Part shown: in pieces, positions 1 through 8,060 of the stretch | How positions within the stretch are numbered: position 1 is the stretch's first letter | Layout of the letters: each line of letters opens with the position of its first letter | Origin: a virus | Lineage: Duplodnaviria; Caudoviricetes | IMG/VR virus record: IMGVR_UViG_3300027956_000036 | Span: 1 to 25,389 of that record | Reading direction: 5' to 3' (one strand) | Length of the DNA: 25,389 nucleotides | Notes under the pieces: model-generated | The model's input: the letters and a program-made list of their open reading frames with translations, nothing else | Told to the model about the DNA's origin: nothing | The model's database searches: none | Program-made: the position numbers and the translations under genes

Positions 1-357
1 ACTTAAAATATCAAATGTTTTTTCAAATTTAATATCTGTTGAATATAGACTATAATATAGGAAATAATTATCATCATTTTTAAAATCTATATCCGTTGAA
101 TATAAATCATAATATAATATTTCTGTGATATTTCTAAATCTTAATATGTATGAATATTCTTCTGAATTTCTATCTATAAATTTTGCACCGAAATATAAAG
201 AATCAAAAGATTTTTTAAATTTAATATCTGTTGAATATAGGTCATAATATAAAAAATATCTATCACTATTCTTTAAGTCTATATCTGTTGAGTATAGATC
301 ATAATATAATGTTTCTGATATGTTTCTAAATGTTTTTGTATCAATCTTATTTAACAT
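1..357 (-). CDS. Partial (runs off window start) repeat-containing protein, probably virion structural; missing from ORF track
   Basis: ATG at 357-355 directly after the TAA of the 358..654 ORF. Open for 119 codons to position 1: MLNKIDTKTFRNISETLYYDLYSTDIDLKNSDRYFLYYDLYSTDIKF... with 4 copies of LYY(D/S)LYSTDI. Confidence 0.85.
   Translation of the reverse strand, partial: MLNKIDTKTFRNISETLYYDLYSTDIDLKNSDRYFLYYDLYSTDIKFKKSFDSLYFGAKFIDRNSEEYSYILRFRNITEILYYDLYSTDIDFKNDDNYFLYYSLYSTDIKFEKTFDILS
31..310. repeat. Coding repeat: four ~30-nt units (ATATCYGTTGARTATARRYYATAATATA) arranged as two pairs 57 nt apart, repeated at 192 nt
   Basis: Units begin near 32, 89, 224 and 281; all spacings are multiples of 3. 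Confidence 0.9.
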
Positions 358-654
358 TTATAATTCTACAACATCAACATCGGTTATATGATAATATGTA
401 TAACCCCCATATAATATTTTCCATTTTACTGTATATGAACCAACAATTCCAGTTACAACTGTATCTAATATTGTATATATTTTTTCACCACTTATCATTA
501 CAATATGTTCATCAACAACTATATTATTTTCACTATCATATATTGTTGCATATGCACCGCTTGGATTAAACGGTGCACCTGTATGATCATTTATTGATAA
601 TTCCAAGGGTCTTATTTCATTTTGATTTATTTCTTGATGTGTTCTATTTGCCAT
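358..654 (-). CDS. Small beta-rich virion protein, BppU/baseplate-upper-like Ig fold
   Basis: Pattern LELSINDHTGAPFN..GAYATIYD...IYTILDT..T...GSYTVKWKI resembles the BppU N-terminal domain; tightly packed in the operon. Confidence 0.5.
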   Translation of the reverse strand: MANRTHQEINQNEIRPLELSINDHTGAPFNPSGAYATIYDSENNIVVDEHIVMISGEKIYTILDTVVTGIVGSYTVKWKILYGGYTYYHITDVDVVEL

Positions 655-657
655 TAT

Positions 658-1173
658 CTATTTCCTTTTGGGGAATTTTCCTGTTTGTTTAAAGAAATTA
701 CGAGCGTTCATTACTTGTCTAAATTTATTTACCAATGCGGTTTTTATTTTCTTAGAGAAGTCTTTACTCCATGTTGATACTATTGCTTTTTCCCAATCTT
801 GAAATGGTACTTCAGTTAAATCTGTTATATAATATGTTGGTTTGAAAAAATATCTTCTTACAGCTGTTTGTATATATGGATATCTTAACTTAATTTTTTC
901 CCAGGTAAGTCTTGTATTTTGTGTTCTTATAAATTCATCTATCCATTCTTTTGCAAATTGTTTTCTGGATGATCTTGGCACATAAGTAAAATTAATGGCT
1001 TGAAAAAATCTCCATTGATGACCTGTGGTTGGGTGTGTACCATCAAGAGCATACATAATAATAACAGTAGGTTTGGGGTCATTTTGCCATGCTTGATATG
1101 AAAATGTATATATGTGACCTGATTTTACCGTAACACCTTTAAATGATTTTCTAAAAACTCTTGATATTGTCAT
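658..1173 (-). CDS. T4 gp2-like DNA end protector protein
   Basis: GHIYTFSY, AINFTYVP..R and LTWEKIK...AVRRY match gp2-family motifs (GxxYxFxY, GLNLHYLP, xKRY); near gp4 as in T4-like genomes. Confidence 0.65.
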   Translation of the reverse strand: MTISRVFRKSFKGVTVKSGHIYTFSYQAWQNDPKPTVIIMYALDGTHPTTGHQWRFFQAINFTYVPRSSRKQFAKEWIDEFIRTQNTRLTWEKIKLRYPYIQTAVRRYFFKPTYYITDLTEVPFQDWEKAIVSTWSKDFSKKIKTALVNKFRQVMNARNFFKQTGKFPKRK

Positions 1174-1176
1174 ATT

Positions 1177-1653
1177 TTATACTCTCAAATCCAACCACAA
1201 TACTTTTGGTTTAATACCTATTATAAAAGCTATATCTAATCTTGTATTACCGGCCATTATCCATGGACCTCTTTCACCTTGTATTACTATAGGCATTGGC
1301 ATTTTAGAATTTGATTGATAGCCTTGTAATATATATTCAACATCACGAGGCCTTTTATAAATAGAAACGAGTGATTTTAAATCCTTTAATGTGGTACACC
1401 TACTTCTATTTTTTATTTTATAATCCATAGAATGGGTAAGTGCTATTATAGGAGAATTATCTAAATCTTTTTTAAAATCTTCTAATGTTGGGAATAAGGG
1501 AAATCTAAAACCCATTAAGTGTGCTCTATTTTTCCATCTGTTGTCCTCTTTCTTTTTATATTCAAGAAAATCCATTTTAATTGATTCTGATGTATAACGA
1601 ACCCAGTTTGTAAAATTTTTATTTTCGTCTAAATATTTTTCATATATTTTCAT
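1177..1653 (-). CDS. ParB/Srx-like domain protein with capsid-targeting-like leader
   Basis: C-terminal MPMPIVI...WIMAGNTRL...IKPKV resembles the ParB-N PIxV...(D)GxxR motif; N-terminus MKIYEKYLDE. Confidence 0.6.
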   Translation of the reverse strand: MKIYEKYLDENKNFTNWVRYTSESIKMDFLEYKKKEDNRWKNRAHLMGFRFPLFPTLEDFKKDLDNSPIIALTHSMDYKIKNRSRCTTLKDLKSLVSIYKRPRDVEYILQGYQSNSKMPMPIVIQGERGPWIMAGNTRLDIAFIIGIKPKVLWLDLRV

Positions 1654-1835
1654 CTTAAAGTTATTCCTAAAATCTTTTTAACTAATTTAACAAACTCTTT
1701 CCAGTTGTTCTCTTTTATTACATCTTCTAATTTTTTTATTTCATCTGCTGTTGCTTTTTGGTATAACTCAACCATTTCTTGAAACCCAAGGTTACCGATA
1801 TATGATGCCTCATCTAAAAATTTCCTAATTCTCAT
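1650..1835 (-). CDS. Small hypothetical protein with leader MRIRKFLDE/A
   Basis: 4-nt ATGA overlaps with both neighbours; shared leader motif. Confidence 0.75.
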   Translation of the reverse strand: MRIRKFLDEASYIGNLGFQEMVELYQKATADEIKKLEDVIKENNWKEFVKLVKKILGITLR

Positions 1836-2293
1836 TTTTTAAATAATTCCTTTTCTGTAAGAATTTTCCATTCAAAACCCATTCTCTTACAATATTTTTG
1901 TGCTGCTTCAAATTTTGCCTGGTTTGTTATCCATGTTGCTTCTTGATGCAATTTTGTTTTACTACTTTTATTACCTCGGGCTGTTGGTGGTATTGTTTCT
2001 TTTTTAGGTTTTATTTCTACAAGATATTCTATATCTTTTTCAGATGTTTTTACTCTCATCCAAAAATCGGGATAATATCTTCTATTTTTCATTTGTATAG
2101 GGTCATAATATTGAATGATATGAGCCTCTGATGCCCACGCTAAAACATTAGGATTAACATCTATCCATTGGCAAAACATTCTTTCCCAGGATGATCTAAT
2201 AATTATAGGATATCTACCAACATACTTTTCAACATTTTTAGGTATGTATTCACTACAATTACCACCACTTTTTTTACATTTTATAAAAGTCAT
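1832..2293 (-). CDS. T4 gp4-like head completion protein (TnsA-like PD-(D/E)XK nuclease)
   Basis: KYVG...IIRSSWER, WASE, YYPDF, LVEIKP, NQAKFEAA, ILTEKELF are hallmark gp4 motifs. Confidence 0.9.
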   Translation of the reverse strand: MTFIKCKKSGGNCSEYIPKNVEKYVGRYPIIIRSSWERMFCQWIDVNPNVLAWASEAHIIQYYDPIQMKNRRYYPDFWMRVKTSEKDIEYLVEIKPKKETIPPTARGNKSSKTKLHQEATWITNQAKFEAAQKYCKRMGFEWKILTEKELFKK

Positions 2294-2854
2294 TTATTTT
2301 TTAATCTCTATCCTTTTAAACCAACCTCTTGCATATTTTTCTTGTGTAGGTGATTTTTTCATATATTCAATATAATGCATACCTTGTAATACATTTAATA
2401 TAACACATAATATTTCCATATCAGATTTTGGTAAACTATTATATGCTCTAAGTGTATTTGTTCCAAATGAACTATCCTCAACTATATCAGAATATATTTT
2501 GCCATCTCTATTCAATAAGTTAAGGCCTTGTTGTAAAAATTTTACTGCTCTACCTATACCCATATTGACGGCAGTATCAAACATTTCATTTGATATGATT
2601 TGGTCTAACTCATCACCTAAGAATGGATTCCAATATCTCTCTTTATAAAAACTTCTAACTAAAGGATCAAGTTCATTATTTGGAAAATCTTTATTTTTAT
2701 CCTTACACTCATCTATTATTTTCCAACCTTCCCAAGTTGGGTTAAATCTTCTTGATATACCTCTATATGTTTCACCACCAGCATCATCAGGATCATTTAC
2801 ATAACCACCCTCATGTGCCATTGTTATATCAAATGCTTTATTAAAATTTGCCAT
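2294..2854 (-). CDS. Glycoside hydrolase family 108 lysozyme/endolysin with C-terminal peptidoglycan-binding region
   Basis: HEGGYVNDPDDAGGETYRGI, FY...YW, FDTAVNMG..RAVKFLQ, and terminal RGWFKR. Confidence 0.92.
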   Translation of the reverse strand: MANFNKAFDITMAHEGGYVNDPDDAGGETYRGISRRFNPTWEGWKIIDECKDKNKDFPNNELDPLVRSFYKERYWNPFLGDELDQIISNEMFDTAVNMGIGRAVKFLQQGLNLLNRDGKIYSDIVEDSSFGTNTLRAYNSLPKSDMEILCVILNVLQGMHYIEYMKKSPTQEKYARGWFKRIEIKK

Positions 2855-2875
2855 AACTTCACCTCTTAAATTTAT

Positions 2876-3223
2876 TTACATAGACCTAAATGAACCCAAA
2901 TCATCACCACCAAACATATAATCAAGCATTTCTCCGGTAAGATTTTCTAAATCTTTTAACTGCACAACAACATCATTTGCTTCTTTATCTATCCTTTTAA
3001 TGTTGTCTTTATTACCTGTATTCTTTGCAACTTTTTTTGCCAAATTTATAACATAAATGCAATCACTTTCAATATCTTTTATTTTCTTTTTAATGGTATT
3101 TAAAATACCATCACCAAGACCTTCATTTATTTCTAAATTAAAATGTTCGGCAATTTCTTTTAATAGTTCGTTATCAACATTATCTTTTTTTAAAGCCTCA
3201 TCAATTTTACTTAAAATGTCCAA
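2876..3223 (-). CDS. Hypothetical helical protein; start revised from 3241 to TTG at 3223
   Basis: AGGAG Shine-Dalgarno at 3235-3231, 7 nt before the TTG. Gives MDILSKIDE/A, matching other leaders; internal LEINE/G site. Confidence 0.7.
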   Translation of the reverse strand: MDILSKIDEALKKDNVDNELLKEIAEHFNLEINEGLGDGILNTIKKKIKDIESDCIYVINLAKKVAKNTGNKDNIKRIDKEANDVVVQLKDLENLTGEMLDYMFGGDDLGSFRSM

Positions 3224-3233
3224 TTTCTTTCTC

Positions 3234-3752
3234 CTATCCAACGAATTGTTTAACTCTTTTGCCTCTCGCTGTTCTATTTTGTTTTGCCATCATTTTCTTT
3301 TTTCTTTGATATTTTTTATATTCTGCTGATCTTCTCCATATTTTTGCTGCTTGTTTTATTTTAACTTTCTTTGTTCTATATTTTTTTTTATTTTCTCTAC
3401 GAGCTGCTTTATCTCTCTTTTTTCTAAGTGCAGCCTCATCCATTCCAACAAGTTCATCATCGTCTATTTCTTCCTCATCATCTTCCTCATCATCAAATTG
3501 ATCCATTATTTCCATATACATTTCAAATTGTTCATCATCTAATTTGTCTGGATCAAGTGTCATTAGGAAATCAACCATTGCATTTAGTAATTCAGAATCA
3601 GATGTTATACCTTCTTCATTATCTTCTTCATAATTAGCATCAGAGTCATAATCTACATCTTCTGTATCATCAATATGTTCATCATCTTCATATGTTCCAC
3701 GATATTGAGTTTCATTTAAATATTTTTCAATTCTTTCTATTGCTTTACTCAT
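3234..3752 (-). CDS. Prohead core-like protein with acidic N-half and very basic C-half
   Basis: D/E-rich residues ~20-105, then K/R-rich tail after MDE/A; leader ..IEKYLNE; paralog of 3790..4218. Confidence 0.7.
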   Translation of the reverse strand: MSKAIERIEKYLNETQYRGTYEDDEHIDDTEDVDYDSDANYEEDNEEGITSDSELLNAMVDFLMTLDPDKLDDEQFEMYMEIMDQFDDEEDDEEEIDDDELVGMDEAALRKKRDKAARRENKKKYRTKKVKIKQAAKIWRRSAEYKKYQRKKKMMAKQNRTARGKRVKQFVG

Positions 3753-3789
3753 TTTATTTTTTCTCCTAATTTATTATCGGTTATAGTTT

Positions 3790-4218
3790 TTAATTTGTAT
3801 GGTCATCAGTATGATATTTTCTTACTGGTCTACCTGTTGGTGTTTTATTACCTTTCTTTAATCTTTCCTCTGCTCGTTCTCTTTTTCTACCTTCTACCGA
3901 CTTTTGAATTTTTTTCTTTTGTTTTTGGACTCTTAGTTTATTTTTATGATAGTATAATCTACCATATGTTTTTTTAGATGCTAATGATTTCTTTGCCATT
4001 TTGGCTTCATCCATATCTGTAACATCAACTTCTAAATTATTTATAATATCAGTTATTGTTTCTAATTGTTCATCTGATAAAATTTCGGGGTCCAGTTCGG
4101 TAATAAAATTTGCCATTTTATTAAAAACTTCTTCATCGGAAATAAATGAAATTTCAGGTGTTGGTTCAAACATTGAAACTTTCATATAATTTTCAAGTTT
4201 TTCAATTAATGTTTTCAT
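3790..4218 (-). CDS. Prohead core-like acidic/basic protein, paralog of 3234..3752
   Basis: SDEEVFNKMANFITELDPEILSDEQLE aligns with SDSELLNAMVDFLMTLDPDKLDDEQFE; both switch to a basic tail at MDEA. Confidence 0.7.
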   Translation of the reverse strand: MKTLIEKLENYMKVSMFEPTPEISFISDEEVFNKMANFITELDPEILSDEQLETITDIINNLEVDVTDMDEAKMAKKSLASKKTYGRLYYHKNKLRVQKQKKKIQKSVEGRKRERAEERLKKGNKTPTGRPVRKYHTDDHTN

Positions 4219-4577
4219 AATTTACCCATTTTCCTAAAAACTTCTTTGCCTTTTTGTTGAATAAATTTTACATCTTTTGATGTTGGTTTCATTGGCTTCA
4301 TATATTCTAACATATCCAGTAATCCAACTTTAAGTCTACCCATATCACCAGCAGCACTCCAATTTATTTCACCTTCTTTTTTGAAATCTTCTTCATGTTT
4401 TTTTATTAATGAAATCAACTCTTTTATTGCAGTATCAACTGATTTTTTATTTGAATAATATCTATCAGCAGCTTTTTTATCATTTTCATTAATAACAACT
4501 TCATTTTGTTTATTCTTTTCTTTTAAACCATCTTTAAAAATTCTATCATACTTTTCATTAATACTTTTATATATCAT
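4215..4577 (-). CDS. Hypothetical protein
   Basis: Overlapping start/stop with neighbours; candidate INE sites near the N-terminus. Confidence 0.75.
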   Translation of the reverse strand: MIYKSINEKYDRIFKDGLKEKNKQNEVVINENDKKAADRYYSNKKSVDTAIKELISLIKKHEEDFKKEGEINWSAAGDMGRLKVGLLDMLEYMKPMKPTSKDVKFIQQKGKEVFRKMGKL

Positions 4578-4765
4578 ATTATACCACCATTAATCATCGC
4601 TTTTATTTTACATCTATTTTCTTCATCCATTTCCAATAGCATTTTTATCTTTTCAGAATCAGAAGATGTTTTGTAGGTTTCAAGAATGCTATCAAAAGAA
4701 ACCTTTTTATCTTTTTCGGTTTTTTGTATGTATCTTACATATCTATCAAGTTTATTTAATAACAT
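4574..4765 (-). CDS. Small hypothetical protein
   Basis: ATG with AAGGT upstream; ATGA overlap with the next gene. Confidence 0.7.
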   Translation of the reverse strand: MLLNKLDRYVRYIQKTEKDKKVSFDSILETYKTSSDSEKIKMLLEMDEENRCKIKAMINGGII

Positions 4766-4769
4766 ATAA

Positions 4770-5279
4770 TTACCTTTTTAAATGTGGTCTTTCTTTAAAA
4801 TATTGTTCGGGGTTTTCTTTTTTCCATTTATAAAATGATTTAACAAATTTGCCTGAAACTAAGAGAATCCAAAATAAAGCATATACACCGAACTTCGTCC
4901 AATTAACATTTTGGTCTGGTTCTAATAATTTACCTATTTCAATCCAGGCAGTCAATGCGGGATAAAATGCGAGTGTTGGAAATCCTTCAGTTTTTAATAG
5001 TTCCCAATAATGAGCCCAACCTTCATTTATATCTTTACTCTCTTTTATAGTTTTAATTTTTGAGATTTCACTAAAAGATTTAAAAGTTGTTCCTAATTTG
5101 CTATTTATAATTTTTAGAACTTCATCTTCCTTACTTATTAGAGAAGTTGATATTTTTAACCACGCATTTCTAAAAATATCTTCAATAGAATTTGTTGACT
5201 TTGTTTTTAACTTATCCAACATATTTTTTATTATGTTTTCATTTAAAGGTACATCTATCATATAATTTTTTAAACGCAT
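4770..5279 (-). CDS. Hypothetical protein with leader and two C-terminal hydrophobic segments
   Basis: AGGAG RBS upstream; MRLKNYM..PLNE; hydrophobic FPTLAFYPALTAWI and FGVYALFWILLVSG. Confidence 0.75.
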   Translation of the reverse strand: MRLKNYMIDVPLNENIIKNMLDKLKTKSTNSIEDIFRNAWLKISTSLISKEDEVLKIINSKLGTTFKSFSEISKIKTIKESKDINEGWAHYWELLKTEGFPTLAFYPALTAWIEIGKLLEPDQNVNWTKFGVYALFWILLVSGKFVKSFYKWKKENPEQYFKERPHLKR

Positions 5280-5314
5280 ATGATTATACTCTCCTATTAT
5301 GACATTATATTGAT

Positions 5315-5338
5315 TATTTATATTTATTTATATAAATA
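5315..5338. promoter_or_regulatory. Divergent overlapping T4-type late promoters (TATAAATA)
   Basis: TATAAATA on + at 5331-5338 and on - at 5325-5332 and 5315-5322; 5325-5338 is a perfect 14-bp palindrome lying between divergent operons. Confidence 0.75.
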
Positions 5339-5375
5339 ATAACATAAATAAATAAAACATACAGGAGCGGTATTA

Positions 5376-6104
5376 ATGAGATTTAATAATTATATAAATG
5401 AGTTGTCATCAAATTATGGTAAAGGTATAACCTTTATTGATATAGATGAAACCATTTTTCGTACCTTCGCTTTGATATATGTATTAGATAAAAATACCAA
5501 AGAAATTATAAATAAATTAACTAATCAAGAGTTCAATACTTATAAATTAAAAGATAATGAAGAATTTGATTTTCATGAATTTAGAAGTGCCGACCTGTTC
5601 AATAAAACTTCCTTACCCATTGATTCAACAATAAAAAGAATAAAAAGAATGTTCACTAATATTGATCATAGAGGATCAAAGGTAGTTTTATTAACTGCGA
5701 GAACTGACTTTGATAATAAGGATAAGTTCTTAGATACATTTAAAAAATATGGAATACCAATTGATAGTATATATGTTGAAAGAGTTGGTAATTTTCTAAC
5801 AAGACCTGAAATTTATAAAAGAATTATAAAAATGCAAGGTATGCCAACTAATACAGCTGAACAAAAAGAAAAGGTTATATTAGATTATTTAATGACAGGT
5901 GAATATCGTCGCGTTAGATTGATAGATGATGATATGAGAAATATAAAAAATTTTGTAAAATTTGGTTCTTCTTTTGAAAAAAAGAATCCAGAAATTATTA
6001 AAAAGATAAAAGAAATACACAATATACCAGAAGATGAAAAGTTTCCAGTTATTCAATTTTTTGGTTTATTGGTTCAAGAAAACGGTAGTTTAAAATCAGT
6101 ATAA
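5376..6104 (+). CDS. HAD-superfamily phosphatase (PNKP-phosphatase-like) with capsid-targeting-like leader
   Basis: Motif I DIDET, motif II LTAR, motif III K (EQKEK), motif IV IDDD..NI; AGGAG RBS; leader MRFNNYINE. Confidence 0.8.
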   Translation: MRFNNYINELSSNYGKGITFIDIDETIFRTFALIYVLDKNTKEIINKLTNQEFNTYKLKDNEEFDFHEFRSADLFNKTSLPIDSTIKRIKRMFTNIDHRGSKVVLLTARTDFDNKDKFLDTFKKYGIPIDSIYVERVGNFLTRPEIYKRIIKMQGMPTNTAEQKEKVILDYLMTGEYRRVRLIDDDMRNIKNFVKFGSSFEKKNPEIIKKIKEIHNIPEDEKFPVIQFFGLLVQENGSLKSV

Positions 6105-6126
6105 TTATAAAAAGTGAGGAATTACT

Positions 6127-7335
6127 TTGTTGGATAAAATTAGGGTATTATTAATAGAAGATGATGAGATAAGTATTGTTGTTACCAAAGAACTATTGGA
6201 AAGAGCACCGGAAAATTTTATAATAGATACAGCCAAAACACTAAAGGAAGGTATTGATAAATTAAAAAAGTGTTTGACTGATAACTTATATGATATTGTA
6301 TTATTGGATTTAATATTACCAAATGGTGAAGGATTAAAGGTATTTAAACAGGTAAAGGATGTTTGTACTCTTATTCCTATAATTATTGTATCTGGATTTG
6401 AAGATAAGGCAATTGAATGTATGCGATATGGTGCACAAGATTATCTTCTTAAACCTTATTTAAATTCCAAGATATTATCAAAAGCTATTATATATTCAAT
6501 AGAAAGATTTAATTCTGATAAAAAATATAAACGATTGGTTGAAAGTACACATGCATCAATATATGAGATTGATATAAAGAAAGGTGTTTTTTCTTTTGTT
6601 AATGATGTATTTTGCGAAGAAATGGGTGTTTTTAACCAAGAGTTTGTAGGTAAAAAAATAGAAAGTATTTTTACAAAACATTCTTATGAGTTATTAAAAA
6701 GTAGATTGGATAGTGTTAGAAATGGACGAGATATTTCATCAATTGTTGAATATGAATTTATTACAAAATGTGGAAATAGAAAATGGTTTTTAGTTACTTC
6801 TGAATATATTAAACGCAATGGTGAAGTTGTAAAATTAAATTCTATAGCAATAAATGTAACAGAAAAGAAAGAACAAGAAAAACGAATAAGTAGTATTTTA
6901 AAAACTGCTCCTGTTATTATCGGTTATTTAAAAGATGGTAGAGTTATTCATGATATTAATGATAGAGCTTGTGATGTTTTGGGTTATAGAAAAGATGAGT
7001 TGATTGGTAATAATATAAGAATGCTTTATATTGACAATGAAGAATATGAAAGAGTTGGTCGTATAAAATATGAAGAAATAGAAAAATATGGTATAGGTAC
7101 CATAGAGACACAATGGAAATGTAAAAATGGTGAATTGATTGATGTTCTTTTAAGTACTACCTGTATTGATAGAAAGAATATATCTTTAGGTTCAACATTT
7201 TCAGCACTTGATATAACTGAAAAGAAAAAGCATGAAAAAGAATTAGAGGAAATTCTTAATAGGAAAATTGATCAATGGAAAAATGAAGTATTACAAAATG
7301 ATATTGATAAGTTGATTAATATCACCAAGGACTAA
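6127..7335 (+). CDS. Response-regulator receiver domain plus two PAS/PAC domains, with no output domain
   Basis: REC: LLIEDD, LLDLILP, IIIVSG, GAQDYLLKP. PAS: VND.FCE.MG...INVTEKK and IND.ACDVLGY...ELIG...LDITEKK. GAGGA RBS before the TTG start. Confidence 0.9.
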   Translation: MLDKIRVLLIEDDEISIVVTKELLERAPENFIIDTAKTLKEGIDKLKKCLTDNLYDIVLLDLILPNGEGLKVFKQVKDVCTLIPIIIVSGFEDKAIECMRYGAQDYLLKPYLNSKILSKAIIYSIERFNSDKKYKRLVESTHASIYEIDIKKGVFSFVNDVFCEEMGVFNQEFVGKKIESIFTKHSYELLKSRLDSVRNGRDISSIVEYEFITKCGNRKWFLVTSEYIKRNGEVVKLNSIAINVTEKKEQEKRISSILKTAPVIIGYLKDGRVIHDINDRACDVLGYRKDELIGNNIRMLYIDNEEYERVGRIKYEEIEKYGIGTIETQWKCKNGELIDVLLSTTCIDRKNISLGSTFSALDITEKKKHEKELEEILNRKIDQWKNEVLQNDIDKLINITKD

Positions 7336-7342
7336 ATATATA

Positions 7343-7852
7343 ATGGCCACTGACCCAAATAGAATAACAACTGACCTGGTAGTAAAATTGTTTGATACAT
7401 TAAAGGACTCTCATAAACATTTGGAAGATTTAATTGAAAAACAAACAATCTCTATTAATTATTTAACATCTTCAATAAAAGATGGTGTTAAAACCGAAGA
7501 AATAAAAAAGATAGTTGAAACACATGGTACAACTGCAATTTCAACTCTGAATGAAATAGATACCTGCACAGAAACAATAAAAGGTAAATCAACAGATATT
7601 TTGGATGTAATTAATATGCTACATAAAAAAATTACAGTTATGATAGTTATTATATGTACGGCATTTTCTTTAATGACAATATCTTATATTTTTGTTTCAA
7701 ATTCAATGGATAAAATGGTATATGAAAAAATAACCAAGGCAATAGAAGTTCAAGTACCAAAAACAATAAATGATAGAAGTGTTAATGATATATTTAAAGA
7801 GTTGGAATCAATAAGAAAGGAGATAAACAAATTTCATGGGGAAAATAGATAA
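7343..7852 (+). CDS. Coiled-coil, single-transmembrane protein
   Basis: Hydrophobic ITVMIVIICTAFSLMTISYIFV after a helical N-region. Confidence 0.75.
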   Translation: MATDPNRITTDLVVKLFDTLKDSHKHLEDLIEKQTISINYLTSSIKDGVKTEEIKKIVETHGTTAISTLNEIDTCTETIKGKSTDILDVINMLHKKITVMIVIICTAFSLMTISYIFVSNSMDKMVYEKITKAIEVQVPKTINDRSVNDIFKELESIRKEINKFHGENR

Positions 7853-8000
7853 GTTGATAGAAAAGATAGATAAATTGATAGTTGATGATGCAACAGTCAC
7901 AGGTGATGTTGAAGATAATACCGCTGCTGTGGATGGAAAATGTCCTGAAGGTTATAAGTGGTGTGAAAAAGACCAAGTTTGTAAAAAAATAAAAGAATAG
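7836..8000 (+). CDS. Unannotated 54-aa protein with C-terminal CPxGYxWC-x5-C motif
   Basis: MGKIDKLIEKIDKLIVDDATVTGDVEDNTAAVDGKCPEGYKWCEKDQVCKKIKE*; AAGGAG upstream; fills the gap between genes. Confidence 0.7.
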   Translation: MGKIDKLIEKIDKLIVDDATVTGDVEDNTAAVDGKCPEGYKWCEKDQVCKKIKE

Positions 8001-8002
8001 TA

Positions 8003-8031
8003 TTTACATTTTGATTGTATTATATTATATA
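8003..8031 (+). promoter_or_regulatory. Putative sigma70/early-type promoter
   Basis: TTTACA at 8003-8008, 17-nt spacer, TATATA at 8026-8031, upstream of AAGGAG and ATG 8061. Confidence 0.45.
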
Positions 8032-8060
8032 TAAAAATAAATAATATGTAAAAAGGAGTA

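Noticed and set aside
31-310. Four ~30-nt repeats resembling a CRISPR array
   Set aside because: Spacings are multiples of 3 and uneven (57/135/57), the intervening sequences are themselves homologous, and the variation is largely synonymous in an open minus-strand frame, so these are protein repeats
1832-2293. TnsA-like nuclease suggesting a Tn7-type transposon
   Set aside because: Motifs and context (near gp2-like) fit T4 gp4 head completion protein; no TnsB/TnsC or terminal repeats seen
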